Source: Tubiluchus corallicola
Taxonomy: Eukaryota; Animalia; Priapulida
Direction: 5' to 3'
Length of the DNA: 64,000 nucleotides
Assembly: GCA_030141605.1 (NCBI GenBank)
Contig: JAQGDQ010000199.1
Coordinates: 341,104 to 405,103, forward strand
Both the position numbers and the translations under genes were made by a program. Positions 1-41,603 of the stretch are shown one piece after another; within the stretch, counting starts at the first letter, position 1; each line of letters begins with the position of its first letter. Under the pieces are notes generated by a model. The model saw only the letters and a program-made list of their open reading frames with translations. It had not been told where the DNA came from and made no database searches.

Positions 1-876
1 GCAAGACAGATTGAAACAAAAGGTAAGAGAAGGAAATGTTATTGTGGTCGGCCAGGGGAAAAACTTTTACAAGCACGAATAAAATTTCGAACTAAGTTAA
101 ATACAAGAACATTTTGATAATTAAGTATTGCATCGCCAGACAACATGGTAGAGATTTTATGCCATGGATTCATGGAACAGATGCTGGTTGGATGGACATT
201 GGAAGCACACAAGTTATCAAATTTGCACTGCTCTCTGATCGCTGCGTACAGTATACAGTATACATAGGGGCTTCTACAAGCCTTTGCTTCTCTAGCCCAC
301 TGCAGTTCAATTATTCTTCTATGATAACGATAGTGTATGAAACATAACAATTTAATACAGTATGATGTAATAATTTTGATGTCACCGTGTGCTTAATGTC
401 ATTATATTGTACTGAATGTGATAATAATAAATAATAATAAAAAAATAATAATAAACGTACTTGCACACTTGGAGTGATAACAATAAAGACAAGAGTATTA
501 GTTTGCTTTATTTTACATTTTGCTGACAAAAATAACTATACCCGATAGATTAGAATCATTAGACAACCATAATTAACCAACGGCGCATGCGCAATTATGC
601 AATAGCTTAGATTACACATTTCCACTAGGCGGTTCGAATACATATAATGCTTGTCACCAGATACGTAAAATCTAAAATCTCAAAAATACAGAATATTACT
701 AAATTACAAAATTACTAAGTTCCATAATGCAATACTACATGATCAATTTTCATGATACATGATCAATGATTAAGTCGAACGACGAATGACACTTTTATGT
801 CATATTGACAGCTAAAAAAATTTGAACACCGACTCGATATTATATTTTTAGCTGAGCTTTCTAATGCCGTTTTTAA

Positions 877-1538
877 AGCACAAGAAAACCCTCCACTTAG
901 ATCAAGGTTAAAAAATTCGTCTCTGAATTTTATACCACTTACATACTATCTTTTCATATGCATTACTTGCATTGGCCGTATCGCTGTATAAAACTGTGTA
1001 AATTAAACTCCCGCGATGACCGTTAAGCGCAGCCATTTTAATGGTAGGTCGTTTGAAACATGTTTTGATAACATTAAGTAAAGTTTGAAAAAATAATTAG
1101 AGCATTCGTAACATACATGTTATTAATTAAGTAAAATTTTAAATTACTGTATCCTGTCAATAAGATTAAAAATACGTTTTTGGCTAGTGAGTGGCGCACC
1201 CTAGAGGGTGAGTCAGCGGCATTTTACCAATTAGCACAAACATTTTAAACGATTAGTCTAGTTCTAGTTGCATAATTCTTTCCAGCAGGTAAGTAAAATG
1301 CTAAGTAATACAGATTTGCACGAAAAGTTTTTGGGTCATAATTTAACATTACCTTTTCTTCCCGTGGCGTAGTGACGTCATGTAATGGCGCCGAACAGTA
1401 TTGCGGGAGATTTAAAATGAAAACAAACGAAAATTTATTTCAACGCGAATACGATATGTGCATAAAATTGCTGTAAAGTAATATAATTTTTTAAAGCGAT
1501 TTTCTGAAACCTACTTCAGGTACCCCTTTTCTTGTCCT
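877..1538. mobile_element. Non-autonomous DNA transposon with TTAA target-site duplication (Kolobok-like), copy A
   Basis: TTAA(873-876)|AGCACAAGAAAA ... TTTTCTTGTCCT|TTAA(1539-1542), an 11/12 terminal inverted repeat. The interior aligns by eye with 58623-59284. Confidence 0.7.
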
Positions 1539-1899
1539 TTAAGTCATACTTCACCCACACACAACGGCAATAAGAAGTGTACAACATGAACGACAAGGTG
1601 ATTTCTTGGTATAAAGCAATTCAACCTTATACACGATACACTGCAATATCTTAACAAATACTGTTATATAAGATTTATTAATAATTATTATTAAGGAAGT
1701 ATTAAATAATATACGTATAACGGATGTTAAAATTGTGCGTCTACTGCTCTCCAAACATATCCTGTGACCAGGCAGATCTAACGGATAAGCTACTATAAAC
1801 ATTACATACAATAATCGCAGTTTACTTCAGAGACACTATTCCGGCCGAACTAAGTCACAAAACATATGGACCAGTTTCTGAAAGCCTTCACTAAGTTAA

Positions 1900-2070
1900 A
1901 GGACAAGAAAAGGCCTAGTTAAAGCAAGACACTGAAAATTTCCGCTAAAGAATTACAACGGTTAGACGCAATCTTAAGCGTTTATCATACTCACTCCAAA
2001 AGAATTTCCTGTTTGTTTTAATTTAAATACTCCCGCGAAACTGTCATATTAGATGGCGTCACAGAGCCAC
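1900..2070. mobile_element. Diverged, inverted partial relative of the TTAA-flanked element
   Basis: Starts TTAA|AGGACAAGAAAAGG, the reverse complement of the right end of copy A. Contains TTTAAATACTCCCGC, resembling the reverse complement of GCGGGAGATTTAAA in copy A. Right boundary uncertain. Confidence 0.45.
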
Positions 2071-2343
2071 AACACAAATCTTTGTAGTACACGTGCTCAG
2101 AACTCACTGCGACTGTGTTCGAGTGATGTCATGCCACGTGATCAGTCACATGCTGACTTTTTAATTGGCGGACTAAATGAAACATGCCTGCGCAAACGTT
2201 TACTGCAGCGGTTGAAGTATTTTGCAAAAATTGGAGTAAATGCGAAAACATGAGTACTTTATTCGCTTAAGATTATACTTAGGTGATGTAATTTTTTATT
2301 GCGAATTCTCTGAGGCTTACTTTGGTTGGCCATTTTCTTTTCC

Positions 2344-2420
2344 GTTAACGAGGTTGTTATTACATTAACTTAACTACCAATAACGACGTCGTTGAGTTAG
2401 TGACAACATTGTGAAATGGG
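2344..2420. mobile_element. Degenerate copy of the palindromic mini-MITE at 36986-37080
   Basis: GTTAACGAGGTTGTTATTACATTAACTTAACTACCAATAACGACGTCGTTGAGTTAGTGACAAC matches that element in reverse orientation. Confidence 0.55.
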
Positions 2421-2526
2421 TTTTACTTGATTCCAACTCATCTAACTTCACAGCTATATTGCCAAGTTATCAAATATATAATTTAGTCACCAACCGAATG
2501 CTTGAAAAGATATTCCTGTTGTCAAA

Positions 2527-3167
2527 CTATGAAACTAATTTAAACGACAAAGGATATTTTGTCACTGATCGCTCTGGCTCAGGCACAAAGCAGGTATGAA
2601 GTGCTTCATTTCTGAACACTAAAGTTTCTAAGATTCCACTTGTGGCTGCGCGTCTATGTACCACCGCATATTCCTTCATTACATCCTTACAAGTCACCAG
2701 ATGTTTTCTCATGGCATGTTCTTCTTGATGCAACCAGCCTTGTGCTCCGCAGTTGAACGTTTTATCAGAAAAACGGATGGATCTGATCAAGAATGCCCTT
2801 GTATCCTTCGGCGAAGGTATCCATAATGAACCCAGAGGACGCCTGTGCAGAGGAAACACCATGTCTATTGGATAACACCGAGCTCGGTCTTCACGGCGCC
2901 GGGCTTCCCACACATGAGTTTCATTTCTTTCATAAAAATTCACATCCAGAAAGGGCCACCGCCACACCCACTGACGTTTCCACTTTTTAGGTGCCGTGGT
3001 TTTGCTAAAAAACGTCTTCAAGTACTTTTTGCTGGTGTGGTTAACAGTTGAGTATTCAAGTGCAAGTTCTAATGGCAGGATTTTTCTGACCAACTGTTCG
3101 TGTTGTTTTGAAATGAGAATGTCTATATCGTCGTCCCAAGGCAGCAAGTCGTGCATCATATAAGAAC
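2527..3167 (-). CDS. LicD-family gene, exon 2 (catalytic part, stop)
   Basis: Acceptor ttttttgcag|GT; encodes PWDDDIDI; ORF 2527-3180. Confidence 0.88.
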
Positions 3168-5773
3168 CTGCAAAAAACAAATCATGACAAAAGTGCCAAA
3201 GACTAAACCTTGCCTAAAACCTAATTACAAAACGTCTTCTCTTAACATCAACTGATCAGTTTTTGAAGCTCAGCAGCCTCCTAATAATACTGTTACGAAG
3301 ATACTAGCACAGTTTTTTTCGTTTTCCACCATTACCACAAATGAAATATTCAAAATCTTAAATAAAAAAAAAAACATTAACAAAGGTAGTGGCCCATCTA
3401 AAATACCTACGAAGATATTAAAGGACAGCGCTAATATAACAGCACCTCGTGCTGCCTACATTACAAACCAAATGATCATGAACAGTGAATTCCCCAGTAT
3501 CTGTAAATATAACACCAATCCACAAAAAAGATTAATCAACTGAGCCTGTTAATTGCCGGCCTATATCAGTTGTTTATTGTTTTGGAAAAATTCTGGAAAA
3601 AGCACTATATGAACAAATGAATTCATATATAAACACTAACAATATACTTAGTAAACATCAATTTGGTTTTAGTCGAAAACACTCTACTACTGATGCCATC
3701 ATACATGCAACTGAAAACTGGAGATCAAACTTAAATGAAACTAAATACTGTTACGAAGGCAGATTTTGACCAACTCCCTAATATTAGTAATGGGTATGGT
3801 CGAGAAGCCCAGTAATGCAAATGTTCCTGTATAAAACAGAATGCATGCCGTAATTTGACGATTTCAACCTGGCCTTTCTGTCTGTAAAGGTGAATGCTGT
3901 ATGTTTGCTGATTTTTATACAAAAGTCTGTTCACGTGTCATTCTTTTTAATTTATTTTACATTCGTATTCTTTTTACTTTTCTCGTCTACTGTAATATTT
4001 CGTAACTCGTAATACAAGTGGCTCTCGCACATAATAAAAAACGTTGATGTTTAATATTGAGATCATCTCGTGTTGGTCAAGATGAGATCCAAATATTTCT
4101 AGTCAGTAGCAGCCTTAACATCAAAACAATTTAGAATTACGCTAGAGCACAAGAGATTGGCATATCTTTTGGGTATGCAATTTAAGCAGCTTTTTTTCAT
4201 TAGAATTATAACTAACATCGTTTTCTAATGCAAAGTTTTCACATGTACTGAGCAAATCTTGAAGCTCCGGAAATGGAATTAGCAAAAACACAAAAGTCGG
4301 CAGCACAGGCTAAATGATTTTAAGTAGTACTAATGACATTTGCATTGTTTAATCGCACTGACAGATCGTTCACGTAATATTAAATGTCGAAAGTATGTAC
4401 ATTTTAGTATGTTTGTAATACTAAGTATGTAATATTTAGTATGTAAATATTAAATACCGAAAGGATCATATAAGAAACATAACCTTGCCCAATACATTAA
4501 TTATCCGATTTCTGTACCTATAGTAGAGAAAACTAACAACAAAGACAGGAAGACTACAACGTAATAGCTTCCTAAACAGCCTCACGTGGTTAATTCTACC
4601 AGTTGCCTCACTAGCATCCAAGAAGCAAATGTAAAACGGGGTTGATTTATTATTTACATACAAATCAATATATTGCTTTAGCATAAAAATACACATTTTC
4701 GTGCAGGACTCAGCCTTAAAGATAAAGTGATTGTAACAAGTGCCAAGGATATCATTAAATCTAGTTAAAATGATTATTTATTTTATACCTTGCCAAAATA
4801 ATGTTTCAAAACTAGAAATTTTTCAATTCAAGAATAATTTCATACTAACCGTACAACACTCCACCAAAAATGAAGTGCACTATCAACAATACTCATTAAA
4901 ACAACGAGTTGTCTCCATTGTATATAATAAATTTAAAATCTAATTTTAATCTAAAAAAATCTATTGAAAAAGACACGTTCCAAAACCTTACTTACTACAG
5001 TTGTAAATAGTAATGTAACGTAATGTGACTTAACAGAACGTAAGATAACATCATGCAGTATGAAGTAAGAACACATATTTTCTTAAACTTTCCCACGTTT
5101 CAGCAATCATTTTATTATCATTATTTCTTTTTGCAAAACCCAATATAAATAAATATTTAATAGGATTTTTTCTATGATCGCGAATTTTACACATTTCACG
5201 TTGAAAGTAATCATCGTGAATTTTTCAAATTTGTCGTATGTCATTGCTGTTATTTCTTTCTTATCTTACCAAAATAATGTTTCAAAACTAGAAATTTTTT
5301 AATTCAAGAATATTTTCATACTAACCGTACAACGCTCCACCAAAAATGAAGTACGGTATTCCATTTGATGTTAGTGCACTATCAACAATACTCATTAAAA
5401 CAATTAATTGTCTCCATTGATGCTCAGTGATAATTTTCTTTGCAATCCTGCTACTGGTCCACGGGGCCAGCCGAATCTTACAGTGTGGGTTGAACGAAAC
5501 AGTTCTCTCTTGATAATCGTTCATTGTTTTAGACAGCAATCCACAGCCAGTGGCATTGGCACAATTACGAAGATGCAGCTGAATATCTTGCTGGTAATTT
5601 TGGTTATTTAGAGTTGTGAGAAAAAAATCTGGAACAATGCAATTTAGAATTTTTTCGCTATTTTTAGTGGTGCCGTCATGATTAGTAATTACAAAATAAA
5701 AACCCAAATATAGCAGTCCAAAGAAAATCAATGCCACAAACCACTGTTTTACTGACTTCATTGAAGAACACAT
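2527..5773 (-). CDS. LicD/fukutin-related (FKRP-like) phosphotransferase, type II membrane protein; 2 exons (5773-5326, 3167-2527), 362 aa
   Basis: N-terminal TM WFVALIFFGLLYLGFYFVI. Splicing TAC G|gttag ... ttgcag|GT TCT rebuilds IFGGALYGSYMMHDLLPWDDDIDI (LicD motif), followed by WPFLDVNFY and VFPLHRRPLG. 448+641=1089 nt, in frame. Confidence 0.88.
3301..3745 (+). mobile_element. Degenerate CR1/L2-group LINE reverse-transcriptase fragment in the LicD intron
   Basis: Translates to EPVNCRPISVVYCFGKILEKALYEQMNSY..ILSKHQFGFSRKHSTTDAI, with stops and frameshifts nearby. Confidence 0.75.
4040..4740 (-). mobile_element. Degenerate LINE RT fragment, same broad group as the full-length element at 49.5-54.2 kb
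   Basis: MCIFMLKQYIDLYVNNKSTPFYICFLDASEATGRINH parallels LCINMLKEIVDYYIDRQSTVHIMFLDASKAFDRINY in ORF2 at 51085. Confidence 0.75.
4789..4920 (-). pseudogene. Intronic partial duplicate of the LicD exon-1 3' end and splice donor
   Basis: Aligns with 5265-5419, has a 23-bp internal deletion at an AGT microhomology, and keeps the G|GTTAGT donor. Confidence 0.8.
5326..5773 (-). CDS. LicD-family gene, exon 1 (TM anchor, stem)
   Basis: ORF 5321-5773 ending IFGGALYG at donor G|gttagt. Confidence 0.85.
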
Positions 5774-6019
5774 GAATACGATCCTTTGTTGAATCTATCG
5801 AGTAAACTAATTGAGCTCGAGTTCATCTCAAGCGGGAGCTGCAGACATCGATGTAGGTACAAAGGTTTCCTGTTCTGCAAATTTTACAATGCATAAATAG
5901 CACAGGCCCTTATGCATTTTAGCTGGATTTTTGTGAAAGAATTGATTTTTGATGCTAGTAATGTCAATTTGAGAATGCTGAATGCAAAAAATGATAGATG
6001 CCGTTTTTTTGGCTGCCAT

Positions 6020-7450
6020 CCTCGGCTGCCATTTTGGATTTCAAAATGGCCATCACTATTATTGAGTGATTAAGCTTGTCACTTAGTTCCTCATAGAATC
6101 TTGAACTAGGTCTAATTTCTTTTCACGAATTATAAATTTGAGATGGGATAGATGTGCATTAAATATTTTTTCAAAAGTGGATGTGGCTATGTCACGTGAC
6201 AGGGGGTCACAATTTCGTAATTAGGAAAAATATCTTTGTCGTTCAAGTTTTCTTACAGTAGTGTGCTAGGATTCCATGTTTTTCCACGTGCAAGTGGCTG
6301 GATAGTGATTAGTGTGCATCAGGTAGTTTTCAACAAGTAGGCGGGGTCAAGCCACGTGACATGAATTAAAGTGTTGAAACAGAGTCACGTCATTAACTTG
6401 AAAAAGCCGTCCTACAAGTTTGAAAAAAGATTCAATGATTAATTTCAAATTTTTTAGGTGGGGCATATCGTGGTAACAGCACTGAAAAGTAAACTTTGAA
6501 ATTAGATTTTAAAAAGTAAATTTGAAATTTCATTTTTGATCGATGATATATGTGCAGTGCAGAATAAAGAAATGTTTATTAGTAATGTATCTGTACTGAC
6601 CAAATGAGCAGTCTGAGTGTTCTCAGTTCGTTTATTGTTGAAATTTTTTGGGTGTAGTTTATGGCAACAATAGACATGCCGAACCACGGTACTATCAACT
6701 ATTCGTCAAAATACATTGGTGTTTTCTCCTGGGAAGCAAAAAGATACCTGAAAATTCTTGAATACGAGTTTATCTGGATTGTAAGGCAACTAGGAGTGAA
6801 AAATGAGTACAATATTTGCTGTAATACGTATACCAAGACCTGAAAAATGTCTGCAGTGCGAGTATCACTTACGATAGCTGTATATTCTGTAAACACCTGA
6901 TTCTAGGTGCTGCACATTTTTAGCTATTAGAGTTTATAGCGAAAACTAATCAATATCCACTGACCTTGACCCTTTGGTCCAAGGTTACAACGTGACACAT
7001 AATCCTTTGAGCTATTATTTCAGGTACATGCAATCCTGCATTGAGTTTCGTGAATCTAGGTTTTGCAGTTTCCGACATTGTCAAAACTCTTTTTAGACAC
7101 TTTCACTCGTGTCATGTGACTTGGCCTCCTACTTTTTGAAAAAATACCTGATGAACATCTACTTTTACAAAGCTACTATACTTGAAAAAAAAATCATACA
7201 TGGGATTTTAGGAGAAAACTTGTAAGATGGCTTGAGCAACAAAGATCCTTTTTCCTAATGATGACACTTTGGCCCCTGACACGACACTGAGCCACGTCCA
7301 GTTTTAAGAAAAATAATGCACATCTGACCCACCTCGCCTCCATATTTTGTAGAAAAAATTGAACCTAACTCAAAGTTCTATGAAGAATTGAGCAACAAGC
7401 ATAATTATTAAATAATAGTTACGGCTAATTCGAGATCCAAGATGGCAACG
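6020..7450. repeat. Foldback-type element with long diverged inverted arms (~6020-6390 vs ~7080-7450)
   Basis: GCCATTTTGGATTTC vs GAGATCCAAGATGGC; TGCATCAGGTAGTTTTCAACAAGTAGGCGGGGTCAAGCCACGTGACA vs TGTCATGTGACTTGGCCTCCTACTTTTTGAAAAAATACCTGATGAA. Confidence 0.6.
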
Positions 7451-8089
7451 GAAGATACACACGGAAAATGACACCCATCTGTTCTTTTAAATCAGCACCT
7501 CTAAACTCACTCAAACAACCACAAATATCAATTCTGGCGCAAAAATCTAATTGGCCCCGAATTTCTTGCAGCACACTGTACACAAAAACGAAATTTAGTT
7601 GGCAAGAAAACGTAACATACGTAACATACAACTGCTTGTGCGACCTATTTGCACACATGGACTTTCATAGCGTAAATCGTATGTTGCTAAACACTGTTAT
7701 TTGTTTTATTTTATTTATCTTAATCACACATTTACATTCTTATTTATTAACCTTTTACTTGTTTGATTTTGATTGCCGTGCAAGGCTAAATGCTAACGTT
7801 GGCAAATGCGTTCCTCGGGCTCGCAGTTTTGAATGTAAGTACATTATTGCTAACACAAGTATGAGGCGTTCAAACGATGATACTTTTTAAACTAATCGTT
7901 ATCCAGTTGCAGGTTAATTGAGTACTTTAACAACTGCACGTTTGCTTAAACGTTGGTTAGTCGTAGTTTCTTTACCTACTGTAATTAAACTCATCATTTC
8001 ATACACGTAGCTAATTATTTAATATACAATTACTTGGCACACCAAATGTTTGATTTTGCAGGACAGTGTACCCTGTACTGCGCCCAGAA

Positions 8090-8322
8090 TTTTACCAACT
8101 TGTACCAAATTTACCAACCTATACCAAATTTACCAACTTGTACCAAATGACCAACCTATACAAATTTACTAACCCATACCAAATTTACCAACCTATACCA
8201 AATTTACCAACCTATACAAATTTACTAACCTATACCAAATTACCAACCTATACCAAATTTACTAACCCATACAAATTTACTAACCTATACCAAATTACCG
8301 ACCTGTACCAGATTTACCAACT
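8090..8322. repeat. ~19-20 bp minisatellite (AAATTTACCAACCTATACC)n
   Basis: About 12 tandem units visible. Confidence 0.85.
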
Positions 8323-8627
8323 TGCATTTGTATTATTATGCCCGACCTGCCAAAATATCCCAAAAGCGCTCTTATTAATTTTATTTATTTTGTTTTATTC
8401 ATTCTCCACATACACAAAAATGCATTAACACAATGCAAAAATACATATATATATATGTATATATATATATTGGGTTTTAATAAATCAGAATTTAATATTG
8501 GATTAATTAATAATAAATTGGGTGTAAATAAAGTGTAGTAGATTGATATACTTGGTGCTTCCAATTATGACACGTGCTGTAAAATGTAGTTATCCAATTA
8601 GCATTCTAAAACTATTCGTCTGCTATA

Positions 8628-8889
8628 AAATTACACGAACTTTTGGGGTGCCATGTGGATGCCACAGATATTGTAAACACAAAAGATAGACATCTGATCT
8701 TTTCAAACCTGCTCATTTCATTTTGGCAAGTTTCTGACTGACATGTCCCTCCTGCAACAGGAAATCGTTGAATTACCCCTGGAATTCACTACCCAAGAAA
8801 ACGCAATGTGAGGTTATCAAGGTTTGATTGCTTGGGACTTACCTCTTGCTAGTTTGGATGCTTGCTTTAAGACATCCGGATATTCGTGA
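8628..8889 (-). pseudogene. Inverted, diverged copy of guanylyl-cyclase exon-3 3' end plus intron-3 start (15469-15731)
   Basis: Reverse complement reads CACGAATATCCGGATGTCTTAAAGCAAGCATCCAAACTAGCAAGAG|GTAAGTCCCAAG (HEYPDVLKQASKLAR), then intron-3 sequence through CATCCACATGGCACCCCAAA. Confidence 0.85.
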
Positions 8890-8990
8890 CACATATATTC
8901 AATATACATATTCAATCGTAACAATCTAAAAATAGAATCTATATGTTGCACAAAGAATGTGTAAATCGCGTTTCAAAATTTGGTGACAAG

Positions 8991-9690
8991 AAAAAGGAAA
9001 AAGTCCACTAGGCGCAGGACACTTACAGAGAACTTGAACATTAGTTTATAATATATATTTTTTTATTGAGAGTGTAAGTATAAACGTACATGTATGATAG
9101 GTAGTAACAGTAATGTAAGAGACAAAGGTTCACAAAAAAAGTTGCAAAACATTAATCCCATACATAGGACGAAACATGACAGAAACACATAATTCCAGAT
9201 ATCGAGATTTCTGAGAAAAAAATGTGTTTTTTTTTGGAACAACGCAATTTAGAATTTCTTTGCTATTTTTAGTAGTGCTGTCATAATTAGTAATTACATG
9301 ATATACAAGCCAAATATAGCAGCACACAGAACAGCCATGTCACAAACCACCGTTTTACTAACTTTACTGAAGAGAGCACACAAATAACGATCCTATACTG
9401 GTTGATTTATTGAGTTAAGTCATTGAGCTCGAGCCAATCTCAAGCGGAAGCTGCAGATATCGATGTAGGTACGTCTCCTGTTCCTTTTATTATTTAGAAA
9501 AAGGAAAAACTCCACTAGGTGCAGGAGACTAGAACGTCAGTTTATTATAGACATTTTTATGGGGAGTGTAAGTATAAACGCACATGTATGACAGACATAA
9601 GTTCACAACACAAAATTGCAAAATATTACTCATGTACGTAGGATGAAACGACTCAAACATAGCAGAAAAACATATAATAGCGAAAATAAA
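8991..9690. repeat. Local diverged direct duplication (~8991-9195 vs ~9497-9680)
   Basis: AAAAGGAAAAAGTCCACTAGGCGCAGGA..GAGTGTAAGTATAAACGTACATGTATGA vs AAAAGGAAAAACTCCACTAGGTGCAGGA..GAGTGTAAGTATAAACGCACATGTATGA. Confidence 0.7.
9236..9472 (-). pseudogene. Diverged copy of the LicD 5' region and TM-coding start (5631-5860)
   Basis: CYIWLVYHVITNYDSTTKNSKEILNCVVP vs LYLGFYFVITNHDGTTKNSEKILNCIVP. Shares the upstream TTGAGCTCGAG..CTCAAGCGG.AGCTGCAGA.ATCGATGTAGGTAC. Truncated, start codon not conserved. Confidence 0.8.
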
Positions 9691-9840
9691 CAACATTAAC
9701 AAAAGCACATAAATTGACAAGCGCCGCTCATATAGTTGTCAAACCTGCAGCATAATTATTTACATTAGGACCTACAAACTATCAAACTTCTCGTTTTTAC
9801 TGATATCATATATAAAGTTCATCACTAAAGTTCCATATAT

Positions 9841-9841
<1 letters not shown>

Positions 9842-9922
<81 letters not shown>

Positions 9923-9985
9923 GAAGGGAGAAGAGAGAGAGGGGAGAGAGAGACAGAGAGGAGGGAGCTAGAGAGAGGAGGGAGC

Positions 9986-10079
<94 letters not shown>

Positions 10080-10112
10080 AGGAAGAAGAGAGAGAGAGAG
10101 AGAGGAGGGAGC

Positions 10113-10192
<80 letters not shown>

Positions 10193-10210
10193 CGAGGGGA
10201 GAGAGAGATA
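9842..10210. repeat. (GA)n microsatellite
   Basis: Direct reading. Confidence 0.95.
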
Positions 10211-10649
10211 AGAGTGAACAGATGCGAAAGAGGGAAAGGGAGACAGAAAGAAATGAAGAGATAGGAAAGAGAGGGACAAGGAGAAGAAAGGGAGGGAGAG
10301 CGAGCGTTTGTTCTTTTTAAGATGATAACGGTTTTTTCGGATGCAGCATAATCAGACTGATAATACTGGCTATGTTGAACAAACACCCCTAGATCTTTGT
10401 AGAAACACTTTTTCATCTAATGTATGGATCTAGTCGTGACAGTGAGAATTTGACGCCTCATATCCAGTGACAGAAATTGTTATTAAAAGTGTGATGCGCA
10501 CTGCGCACGAAATGGAATGACATTGCTTGCAGTTGTTGTACACGCCTGCACAGAGTAACAGCCAGAGTGCAAAATATCTACTCATGACGAATGAACAATA
10601 AAAACAAAACTGAGTTCGCAAAGCCTTCAAAAGGAGATCAGCAAACACC

Positions 10650-41603
<30,954 letters not shown>

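Noticed and set aside
114-347. Short ORFs at the window start
   Set aside because: No recognisable motif or convincing splice context; cannot be supported from sequence alone.
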